A DNA stretch of 46,165 bases, taken from a virus. The translations under genes and the position numbers were made by a program. The notes beneath the pieces are model-generated. The model was not told the DNA's origin, did not search any database, and saw only the letters and a list, made by a program, of their open reading frames with translations. Of the stretch, positions 16,987 to 23,485 are shown one piece after another. The stretch lies in IMG/VR virus record IMGVR_UViG_3300038829_000049, positions 1 to 46,165 of that record, one strand, 5' to 3'. The number at the start of each line of letters is the position of its first letter. Within the stretch, counting starts at the first letter, position 1.

Positions 16987-18039
16987 TCAATAGTTGATCG
17001 CAATGGCCGGGATCGACCGCGCTGCAATCAGCGTGATCACGTTCTTGGCGACGTCTTCCGGGATGCCGGCCTCGACAAAAGCCGCCAGCGCAGCCCGGTT
17101 GATCCGGCCCCGGTGATCGATGTCCGCCATCCGCTTTGCCGTTTCTGCCGCTTCAATCAGCGCGGCGCGTTCAGCATCGGCCTTGGCCTTCTCCGCAGCT
17201 TCGGTCGCCCGTTGTTCGACCGCTGCGAGTTCCTCCTTGTGTTCGCGCTCGCGGCGATCGGCGGCTTCCTGGGCGGCTTTCGCTGCCGCTTCGGCCTTTG
17301 TCCGCTCGGCACGCGCGGCGGCTTCAGCGGCTTGCTTTGCCCGTTCTGCCGCATCCGCTTCCGCCTTGGCTTGCCGCTCTGCTGCCTCACGATCGGCTTG
17401 CGCCTTGCGCTCGATCTCGGCACGGGCTTCGGCTTCCGCGCGCAACCGGGCTAGTTCGGCGGCGTCGGCTTCGCGCTTCTCGGCAGCGGCGAGCCGCACA
17501 TTGAGTGCCGCCAGCGCCTTGGCGTGAAGCTCGACAGCGGCACCGATGTATTCATGATAGTCCGCCTCACCGATCGGCGTCAGTTCGAGGCTGGCAATGG
17601 TTTCACGGATCGTCGCCGATGGCCGCTCCGACTGATCGTCGATGAAGTTCTGTAGCGCGGCGAGGTCTGTTTTGATGCGGTCGACGCGCCCGCGTTCTGC
17701 CGCCTCCCATTCGTCGAGCGGCGCGCGCACCTCATCCCGCCATGCGTCGAGCGTGTCCCGGATGCGCTTGCGTGATGCGTCGATCTTATTCGGGATCAGC
17801 TTCTGTTCGTCGACGAGCTGCTTGCCGATCCCGTCGAGGTAGGTTTTAGAGCGCGCTACCGTGTAGGCCATAGACGCGATCTCTTTGCGCCCGGATGCCG
17901 TATCGAGATCGCCCGTGAATGCGTCGATCTTCGCGCGGATGCTGGCTAGGATCGGGTCGATCCGTTCTGGCGTCGTGAACACCGCCAATGCATCGGCTGT
18001 AGGGATCGTAACGAGGCTGGTATCGGTTCCATCAGCCAT
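16987..18039 (-). CDS. DUF1351-like recombination-module protein with an Ala/Glu-rich coiled coil
   Basis: The N-terminal third (GRKEIASMAYTVARSKTYLDGIGKQLVDEQKLIPNKIDASRKRIRDTLD) resembles DUF1351. There is a long AEAxA coiled coil. It sits between the exonuclease and the SSB-tailed protein. Confidence 0.55.
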   Translation of the reverse strand: MADGTDTSLVTIPTADALAVFTTPERIDPILASIRAKIDAFTGDLDTASGRKEIASMAYTVARSKTYLDGIGKQLVDEQKLIPNKIDASRKRIRDTLDAWRDEVRAPLDEWEAAERGRVDRIKTDLAALQNFIDDQSERPSATIRETIASLELTPIGEADYHEYIGAAVELHAKALAALNVRLAAAEKREADAAELARLRAEAEARAEIERKAQADREAAERQAKAEADAAERAKQAAEAAARAERTKAEAAAKAAQEAADRREREHKEELAAVEQRATEAAEKAKADAERAALIEAAETAKRMADIDHRGRINRAALAAFVEAGIPEDVAKNVITLIAARSIPAIAINY

Positions 18040-18072
18040 GTGCGGCCTCCTTCGCCAGAAACATGATCGACC

Positions 18073-18525
18073 TCAGAACGGGATTTCATCATCGCCAACC
18101 ACCGGCATCTGGCGCGGAGCCTGACGTGGTGCGGCAGCTGGTGGCAAGGGCTGGCCGAGAGTATGTGACGGTGCCGCAGGAGCGAAGCCATTGACGGGCG
18201 ATTGTGCATGCGCTGGCGGCTGCACAACTTCGAGCTTGATGCGGATCGCATCGACGATCTTGCCTTGAAATTCGACCCGTGCCGGATAGAGCACGACCCG
18301 CTTGCCGGGCCAATCGTCGGTCTCCTCACCGTACATATCGGCGATGATGCTAGAGTTGGTTTTGTTCAGAACGATCCCGCGCTCATGGTTCTGAAAATAG
18401 AGCACGGGCTTATGCTCGCCTCCGATTTCTTCCATGATGACACGATCCATCATGGCGGCGACGGAACGACCCTGCAGGTCGGCGGCTTTGAGGTACGTCG
18501 ATGGGAATGCTGATCCGATCTTCAT
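18073..18525 (-). CDS. ssDNA-binding-type protein with an SSB-like acidic C-terminal tip
   Basis: It ends ...PVVGDDEIPF, like the bacterial SSB tip DDDIPF, preceded by a Pro/Ala-rich linker. The N-terminal domain (YLKAADLQG...KPVLYF...LNKTN...WPGKRVVLYPARVEFQGKIVDAIRIK) is a common phage family, not a canonical SSB OB domain. Confidence 0.6.
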   Translation of the reverse strand: MKIGSAFPSTYLKAADLQGRSVAAMMDRVIMEEIGGEHKPVLYFQNHERGIVLNKTNSSIIADMYGEETDDWPGKRVVLYPARVEFQGKIVDAIRIKLEVVQPPAHAQSPVNGFAPAAPSHTLGQPLPPAAAPRQAPRQMPVVGDDEIPF

Positions 18526-18557
18526 GACAATCTCCTGTTAGATTTTCGGGCGGCTGA

Positions 18558-18935
18558 TTATCGTTGCTCATCCTCCAGTGGCGGCCCGCCGTTGTGGCCA
18601 TGCTGTGGGGGTGGAAGGGCGGAAACCGGGATGCCGAGCTGTTCGGTGATATTGACCCATTCGGTGCGCAAACGAAACAGTCGCACGTGCACATCCTGTT
18701 GCCATACGGCGTTTTTCTGCATCGCTGCTTCCATTTCGTTGACCGCCGCCGCCCATGCCTTCTCGTAGTCTGCACGTTGCTGTTGCGCGTTGCGGGCTTC
18801 TTTTTGGAAGGCAATAATCGTCTTGCGCATTTTCTCGATGCCGCCGGGCAGATCGACGATGTTGCCCGCATCGGCCGGAACCGGCGTATGCGTAATCTCG
18901 ATGCGGTTCAACATCGATCCAATCCAACTCGCCAT
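18558..18935 (-). CDS. Hypothetical protein
   Basis: ATG 18935 shares a base with the upstream TGA. The ORF track starts at GTG 18944. Confidence 0.5.
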   Translation of the reverse strand: MASWIGSMLNRIEITHTPVPADAGNIVDLPGGIEKMRKTIIAFQKEARNAQQQRADYEKAWAAAVNEMEAAMQKNAVWQQDVHVRLFRLRTEWVNITEQLGIPVSALPPPQHGHNGGPPLEDEQR

Positions 18936-19054
18936 CACTTCCACCCCCTGTGCTGATTGCGAACACGTCGCTGGTTATACCAATCGCAGGCTTCGCTGAT
19001 CAGCCACACGACAACGCAGATGCCGATAGCTGACAGCACGATGATCTCGATCAT
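18935..19054 (-). CDS. 39-aa single-pass membrane peptide (MIEIIVLSAIGICVVVWLISEACDWYNQRRVRNQHRGWK)
   Basis: Internal ATG of ORF 18935..19132, TAATG-coupled to the upstream peptide. Third-position GC is about 74 percent by hand count. Confidence 0.45.
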   Translation of the reverse strand: MIEIIVLSAIGICVVVWLISEACDWYNQRRVRNQHRGWK

Positions 19055-19155
19055 TACCCAAACCTCCGCAGCATCAGTTTCAGCACGGGCTCGGCCAGCA
19101 CCAGCATGGTGCCGACACCGATCAGAACCCAACCCCAGAATTGTAGATTGTGCAT
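19054..19155 (-). CDS. 33-aa single-pass membrane peptide (MHNLQFWGWVLIGVGTMLVLAEPVLKLMLRRFG)
   Basis: Below the ORF-track cutoff. It starts 1 nt after the upstream TGA. Third-position GC is about 76 percent. Confidence 0.45.
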   Translation of the reverse strand: MHNLQFWGWVLIGVGTMLVLAEPVLKLMLRRFG

Positions 19156-19156
19156 C

Positions 19157-19429
19157 TCAGGTCACCTCGCGACGACGGGAATCAGAAAATCGAGCACGAC
19201 GGCGAGCATCGTGATCAAGAGGACCATCACCGCTCCGACGGCGTGATTGAAATGTCGGGGCATCCGGCCGCGTATGATTGATCCGGGCATAGATGCGGGC
19301 GAACCGCTCGTCTTGCCCCCGGCGATAACCCGCAAGGTAGGCGGCGGTCGGCCGATGTGGCTGGTTGCGCCGCCTAAGCCCGGCCCAGTATCCTGTCGTG
19401 TAATCGGCATTAAATCCCTTCCTCTTCAT
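19157..19429 (-). CDS. Basic hypothetical protein (3' end uncertain)
   Basis: Internal ATG (MKRKGFNADYTTGYWAGL...). Third-position GC is about 71 percent for the first ~58 codons and collapses over the last ~100 nt, where the membrane-peptide frame looks coding. Confidence 0.45.
   Translation of the reverse strand: MKRKGFNADYTTGYWAGLRRRNQPHRPTAAYLAGYRRGQDERFARIYARINHTRPDAPTFQSRRRSGDGPLDHDARRRARFSDSRRREVT
19162..19263 (-). CDS. 33-aa single-pass membrane peptide (MPRHFNHAVGAVMVLLITMLAVVLDFLIPVVAR)
   Basis: C-terminal part of ORF 19162..19410. Third-position GC is about 79 percent here, against about 37 percent for the overlapping frame of ORF 19157..19552. Confidence 0.4.
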   Translation of the reverse strand: MPRHFNHAVGAVMVLLITMLAVVLDFLIPVVAR

Positions 19430-19460
19430 GACGAACACCCCGCAACTGATACAAGGGGTT

Positions 19461-19546
19461 GGCGCGCACGGATGCTCTCGAGCACCTGCCTCCGTGCGCG
19501 CCTCAATTCCGGAGGCCCCGCTCCCCCGGTGGAGACGGCAGGTGCT
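19461..19546 (-). promoter_or_regulatory. Structured intergenic RNA element: two interleaved perfect stems (12 bp and 10 bp)
   Basis: ggcgcgcacgga (19461-19472) pairs with tccgtgcgcgcc (19491-19502). agcacctgcc (19481-19490) pairs with ggcaggtgct (19537-19546). The order is 1-2-1'-2', which is either a pseudoknot or mutually exclusive hairpins. Confidence 0.5.
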
Positions 19547-19548
19547 GT

Positions 19549-19959
19549 TCAAATTTTGCCGGCTAAAGCGCTACGGCCGTCGGTGTATTCGTTGGTGTCA
19601 CGCGGCGGCGAGAACTGCATCTCGGCTTCGTGCCGCAGCGACGGGAACCGCAGATATTTTGCTTTGGCTGCGGTCCAGATCAGAGCTTCCAAGCCGCGCG
19701 ATTGGCGGCCGACATAGAGCGTTGCGGTTGTAAACTCGGCCGTCACGCCGGCAGCTTCGACTTCCTCAAGGTCCAGATTGCGATCGATGATCAGTGTAAC
19801 CGACAGATCGGACAGCTGGCCCAACACGATGCCGCCCGGTGCAATGACGTCGATTTCTATCGTCGCCATGACGCGGGCCTTGCGGATGGAACAGGACCAG
19901 CATTCGGTGTGACCGCTGGCGATATCGCAATCGCATGTCGCGCAGTAGGTTCTGGACAT
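19549..19959 (-). CDS. Hypothetical protein with an N-terminal Cys cluster
   Basis: 136-aa ORF. MSRTYCATCDCDIASGHTECWSC is zinc-ribbon-like. Confidence 0.55.
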   Translation of the reverse strand: MSRTYCATCDCDIASGHTECWSCSIRKARVMATIEIDVIAPGGIVLGQLSDLSVTLIIDRNLDLEEVEAAGVTAEFTTATLYVGRQSRGLEALIWTAAKAKYLRFPSLRHEAEMQFSPPRDTNEYTDGRSALAGKI

Positions 19960-19973
19960 GGCGTTACTCCGTC

Positions 19974-20333
19974 TCAGTCTTGAACCTGTCGCCAGCCTTC
20001 CGGTGTGTGCTCACGCTGACGGCGGACTTCGTAGACGCCAGGGCCGAACATAATCGGCTCGTGTGTATCGTGTGGCCGACGATGTTCCAACGCGGTCGGA
20101 CGGTTGACCTTCAGCCATGCAATCAGTGGATTGTTGGCATCGCTGAACATCTCGACGGCAGGCGTCTTGCTGCGCTTGCGGTCAAGCACCATCACGTGGT
20201 GATGGCCCGTCTCAGAGTGGGTGACGATGATCTCGCCGTTCTGTGCTCTGACTGGCACGGCTTTTGCCGGAAGATCATCGATCCTACGGAACAGAACATC
20301 ACCCTGTGCTGCGAACTTATCGAATGTTTTCAT
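19974..20333 (-). CDS. Conserved phage hypothetical protein (QGDVLF ... SETGHHHV motif)
   Basis: 119-aa ORF, ATGA-coupled to the upstream gene. I recognise the motif pair from phage proteins of unknown function. Confidence 0.6.
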   Translation of the reverse strand: MKTFDKFAAQGDVLFRRIDDLPAKAVPVRAQNGEIIVTHSETGHHHVMVLDRKRSKTPAVEMFSDANNPLIAWLKVNRPTALEHRRPHDTHEPIMFGPGVYEVRRQREHTPEGWRQVQD

Positions 20334-21406
20334 GTCCTAACCTCTGGTTTGACGAATGATGAAACGGGCAGGCTCCAGCCCCACGCTTGAGCCTCCAACG
20401 CGGTACGCATGTTCGGTGGAACCGGCAACGCAAATTGACGCTTTGTCCCGCACATCACGCGGAGGAACTTTTCGCGTCCGGCATCTGGCAGCTGTACTTC
20501 AATCAGCTGTCCGATCTCCGGGTCGCCGGAATCGTCGAGTACACGCGCGCCTAATTTCTCCAGCACCACATCCCAGCCGACAATCTCGCAAGCAACGCGG
20601 CGTTGCTCGATATTAGGCCATGTGATGGCTGTCGCCGCTGTGAGAGATTTGTCTCTGATCCATTCTGGCGGAACATGAGTTCCGCGCCAATAATATTCAT
20701 CATTCAGGTCGCTGATGATGGCTGGTCCCGTCGCGCAATGAAATCGTCCTGACTCACGCCCGAGTCTTGGTTTAGCAATCCAGTACAGAGTGTCATCAGT
20801 CCAATACAGTTGGCTGCAACCGGACTCAAATGCAGCAGCGACGGGCACCGCCCACAGCAATACAGATTGTGACATTATTTGTTGGGCACCAATGGCAAAA
20901 ACACTTAGCCACGAGAGATCTCCGGCATACCACCATATACTGCGATCGATACACCAGACGGCAAATCGGCTCTTGGCGGCACGGGCGTCACGGGCGTCAC
21001 TGGCGTCACGGGCGTCACTGGCGGCACGGGCGGCACTGGCGGCACTGGCGGCACTGGCGGCACGGGCGGCACGGGCGTCACGGGCGGCACGGGCGTCACT
21101 GGCGGCACGGGCGGCACTGGCGGCACGGGCGTCACGGGCGGCACTGGCGGCACTGGCGGCACGGGCGGCACTGGCGGCACGGGCGGCACTGGCGGCACGG
21201 GCGGCAGAAAAATCGCTTAGAATATTCTCTATTTGTCGGTTGAGAGATTGGTGATTATCAAGCGTCCACCCACGGTTAAGCCGTACAATATTTCGCTTGA
21301 TGCCGAGTGCATTCACATAGGCGGTTAATTGACGGTGAACCTCGGCTTCGTCGAGGCGGCCAGGGTAATTGCACGCTTCCGTGTAGCTGGCGAGTGTAAT
21401 TGTCAT
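20330..21406 (-). CDS. DUF6745-like protein with a 26-unit tripeptide repeat linker
   Basis: The C-terminal [29 protein letters not shown]...[15 protein letters not shown]...[13 protein letters not shown] resembles DUF6745 (from memory). The middle region is (A/D)A(R/S) x26. An AGAGGGAG RBS is present. Confidence 0.65.
   Translation of the reverse strand: MTITLASYTEACNYPGRLDEAEVHRQLTAYVNALGIKRNIVRLNRGWTLDNHQSLNRQIENILSDFSAARAASAARAASAARAASAASAARDARAASAARAASDARAARDARAARAASAASAASAARAASDARDASDARDARAAKSRFAVWCIDRSIWWYAGDLSWLSVFAIGAQQIMSQSVLLWAVPVAAAFESGCSQLYWTDDTLYWIAKPRLGRESGRFHCATGPAIISDLNDEYYWRGTHVPPEWIRDKSLTAATAITWPNIEQRRVACEIVGWDVVLEKLGARVLDDSGDPEIGQLIEVQLPDAGREKFLRVMCGTKRQFALPVPPNMRTALEAQAWGWSLPVSSFVKPEVRT
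20975..21206. repeat. Tandem 9-bp repeat array, about 26 units (g[g/t]cac[g/t]ggc)
   Basis: The units differ only at two positions. On the coding (minus) strand this gives [12 protein letters not shown] tripeptides, and all three frames stay open. Confidence 0.9.
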
Positions 21407-21505
21407 TTACGCATCTCCCTCTTGAGCATCACCGGCCACCAGGCTGCTGGGGGCACCAGCGGGAGCAGGCGGACCACCAGGGCAGCCGGTGATATGCAAC
21501 TGGTA

Positions 21506-21640
21506 GTGCAACACGGCGCACTCGTCAATCATAAAAGTACAACGGATTGAACTTTTCTTTTCCGACCCTGTTGACAACTTCAAAAAATGCCGCCGTGTCA
21601 CATGGTTCGGGTTGACGGGTGCAACACGGCGTACTATACC
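21506..21640. promoter_or_regulatory. Divergent early promoter/operator region
   Basis: The 8-bp core ACACGGCG occurs three times: 21511-21518 (+), 21591-21598 (inverted) and 21624-21631 (+). The 13-mer GTGCAACACGGCG is identical at 21506 and 21619. Rightward TTGACG (21612-21617) + 17 nt + TATACC sits inside aCTATAcC. Leftward TTGACG (complement of 21523-21528) has the operator in its spacer. Confidence 0.45.
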
Positions 21641-21646
21641 AAAGCC

Positions 21647-21898
21647 ATGAAGAAACCAGAATCAGACTTGCTTGCAGATGTAGAAGCATTCCTGAAGCGC
21701 ACGGGGATGACCCCGACGCGGTTCGGCGTGCTGTCGACCGGCGAGCGTGGCCTTGTCAAGCGGCTGCGCCGCGGTCGCACCGTGCAGCTCGCGACCGCCG
21801 AGCGGCTGTGGCGGTTCATGGCGACGCATAAGCCGGGGAAGCGGGTGGGGTCGGGGAAGCGGATGGGAAAGTCGAACGCGGCGCGTCTCGCCGCGTAA
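21647..21898 (+). CDS. Small DNA-binding regulator candidate (first gene of the rightward operon)
   Basis: MKKPESDLLADVEAFLKRTGMTPTRFGVLSTGERGLVKRLRRGRTV is HTH-like. The ATG lies about 7 nt after the -10 element, so the transcript may be leaderless. Confidence 0.55.
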   Translation: MKKPESDLLADVEAFLKRTGMTPTRFGVLSTGERGLVKRLRRGRTVQLATAERLWRFMATHKPGKRVGSGKRMGKSNAARLAA

Positions 21899-22057
21899 AA
21901 CGAGGTCGGAAACCCCAGTAACCGTTGCGTTTTGCGTCTCTGCCCGTTGTGTGCGGGGAGCGGTTGGAGCTCGTGCGCGCCATCGTCCGCCGATTGCGAT
22001 GGCAGATCAGCGCCCCTCCGACCGTTCCCCGCACCCAACGGTGCCCTCCCAGACTTG

Positions 22058-22087
22058 GCCGGGCAGTACGCGTCCCGGCTGATTTTT
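22058..22087 (+). terminator. Rho-independent terminator candidate
   Basis: gccggg-cagtacgcgt-cccggc hairpin followed by tgattttt, between the regulator gene and the GapR-like gene. Confidence 0.4.
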
Positions 22088-22108
22088 CACTCCAACCGAA
22101 GTGGTGCC

Positions 22109-22516
22109 ATGTCCATCAACGCCATCACCAGCGACGCACGGAACGCGCTTGGCGATTACGTCACTCGCATCGAGAGCTTGATCGAGGAGAAGACCGAGGC
22201 TGCCGAGCGAATCAAGGCGGAATACGCCGAAGCCGCGGGCGCTGGTTTCGACAAGCTAGCCATTCAGCAAATTATCAAAGAGCGGGCGGCAGACGCCGAA
22301 AAGTCGATCAGGCAGCGTGAGATTGTCGAAACGTACCGAACGGCGTTGGCTGGTCTGGTTGGCACACCCCTCGGCGACTGGGCTCGGCAGTGGGTCGCCA
22401 ATGACACGCGCGTTCGTCAACGCAGTAAGAACGCCAGTGATTCCGCCATGGACGACTTCATGAAGAAGCGCAGCAAGTCAGCCCCTAACGACGACGCAGC
22501 ACCGCCCGCATCCTGA
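22109..22516 (+). CDS. GapR-like (DUF2312) nucleoid-associated protein
   Basis: LGDYVTRIESLIEEKTEAAERIKAEYAEAAGAGFDKLAIQQIIKER parallels Caulobacter GapR (L..II.RVERLE.EK.EI...IKEVYAEAK.NGFD.K.L..V). Internal ATG of ORF 21932..22516. Confidence 0.7.
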   Translation: MSINAITSDARNALGDYVTRIESLIEEKTEAAERIKAEYAEAAGAGFDKLAIQQIIKERAADAEKSIRQREIVETYRTALAGLVGTPLGDWARQWVANDTRVRQRSKNASDSAMDDFMKKRSKSAPNDDAAPPAS

Positions 22517-22521
22517 ATAGA

Positions 22522-22555
22522 AACGGCGGCCGAGCTGCCCGCTCGAACCGCCGTT
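22522..22555 (+). terminator. Strong hairpin after the GapR-like gene (no U-tract)
   Basis: aacggcgg-c-cgagc-tgccc-gctcg-aa-ccgccgtt gives 8+5 bp of stem. It could be a terminator or an mRNA stability element. Confidence 0.3.
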
Positions 22556-22618
22556 AGGTGTGATCATCGATAGTACCGTTGGTCCACCGTTTTACGCGCC
22601 CATAGGAGGTGGGCATAC

Positions 22619-22834
22619 ATGGACCACGATTTAGCAAATCAGCGCATGCGCGGCAAGCCCGCAACACACAAGCGCAAAAAACCGATGGGGATCATATTCG
22701 GCGGCCAGCGGATCAGAAGTGCCACGTGGGACGACGTGATCGGCATGGCGCGCAACGGCTTTGCCGTGATCCGTGACGGCACCGATATCCGCCTGTGCTG
22801 GTCAGAAGCATTCGAGACGGAGGCCATGCAATGA
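22619..22834 (+). CDS. Hypothetical protein
   Basis: 71-aa ORF. Its TGA overlaps the next ATG (ATGA). The start is uncertain; internal ATGs exist. Confidence 0.45.
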   Translation: MDHDLANQRMRGKPATHKRKKPMGIIFGGQRIRSATWDDVIGMARNGFAVIRDGTDIRLCWSEAFETEAMQ

Positions 22835-23169
22835 CCAAGGCTGACCACATCCGCCAGCTGTACGACGGCACCCGCACCACGGTTGAGATTGCTGCTCTTG
22901 TCGGCTGCCTGCCTGAGTACGTCCGTGTAGTCGCCCGGCAGCGTGTCATCGGCGGCATGAGCAAAACCGATCTGGTCTATACCGAGCGGCTGCGTAAGGC
23001 AATGACCAAGGCTGACCACATCCGCCAGCTGTACGACGGCACCCGCACCACGGTTGAGATTGCTGCTCTTGTCGGCTGCCTGCCTGAGTACGTCCGTGTA
23101 GTCGCCCGGCAGCGTATCATCGGCGGCATGAGCAAAACCGATCTGGTCTATACCGAGCGGCTGCGTAAG
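22828..23169 (+). repeat. Direct tandem duplication, 2 x 171 bp, one mismatch
   Basis: 22828-22998 and 22999-23169 are identical except gtgtc/gtatc. Confidence 0.9.
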
Positions 23170-23328
23170 TACGGCGACAGAGATGCGGCTCAGAAGGTGT
23201 GGAGATCGGTTTACCGCCGCGCCAGAAAGGCAGGCGCCAGCCGGTACGATGCGGACAAGCTAGCCAAGCGGATGAGTGGGCGAACGTTTGCGGCAACAGC
23301 CCGGGCTAACGAGGCCCGCCATAGCTGA
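22831..23328 (+). CDS. Tandem-duplicated HTH protein
   Basis: Two 57-aa copies of MTKADHIRQLYDGTRTTVEIAALVGCLPEYVRVVARQR[V/I]IGGMSKTDLVYTERLRK are followed by a basic tail. Confidence 0.6.
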   Translation: MTKADHIRQLYDGTRTTVEIAALVGCLPEYVRVVARQRVIGGMSKTDLVYTERLRKAMTKADHIRQLYDGTRTTVEIAALVGCLPEYVRVVARQRIIGGMSKTDLVYTERLRKYGDRDAAQKVWRSVYRRARKAGASRYDADKLAKRMSGRTFAATARANEARHS

Positions 23329-23485
23329 TGATCCAGAAGATATCCCCAGCGATTGCACGCTGTTCGAGCCGGCTCCAGATCAAATCGGCTACTGCGTACG
23401 CTGTGACTGTGAGATTTCGCTGTGTGATGCGCCTGAGGGGCTGTGCGCAGTGTGTGCGGAGCGGGGGGACGGGGAAGTGAGATGA
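23276..23485 (+). CDS. Small zinc-ribbon-like protein (start uncertain)
   Basis: ...YCVRCDCEISLCDAPEGLCAVCAE has two CxxC pairs. Its stop overlaps the next ATG (ATGA). It overlaps the upstream gene by 41-53 nt. A competing 50-aa frame (23328..23480) has slightly higher third-position GC but a junk-like sequence. Confidence 0.4.
   Translation: MGERLRQQPGLTRPAIADDPEDIPSDCTLFEPAPDQIGYCVRCDCEISLCDAPEGLCAVCAERGDGEVR

Noticed and set aside
20975-21206. Possible CRISPR-like array
   Set aside because: The period is 9 bp with no spacers, and the array lies inside a coding sequence. It is a tandem repeat, not a CRISPR array.
20830-21243. Alternative-frame ORFs across the 9-bp array (HGRHWRH... and PPVPPV... 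proteins)
   Set aside because: They exist only because the repeat keeps every frame open. The minus-strand frame is continuous with a real N-terminal region, a good RBS and the DUF6745-like C-terminal domain.
21571-21576. Consensus TTGACA hexamer as a rightward promoter
   Set aside because: No acceptable -10 element lies 16-19 nt downstream (cgtgtc/tgtcac). The TTGACG at 21612 has a much better partner.
21407-21601. 64-aa minus-strand ORF covering the early control region
   Set aside because: Third-position GC is only about 56 percent. There is no RBS. It overlaps the operator/promoter motifs, so it is more likely non-coding. I cannot exclude a small Cro-like product.
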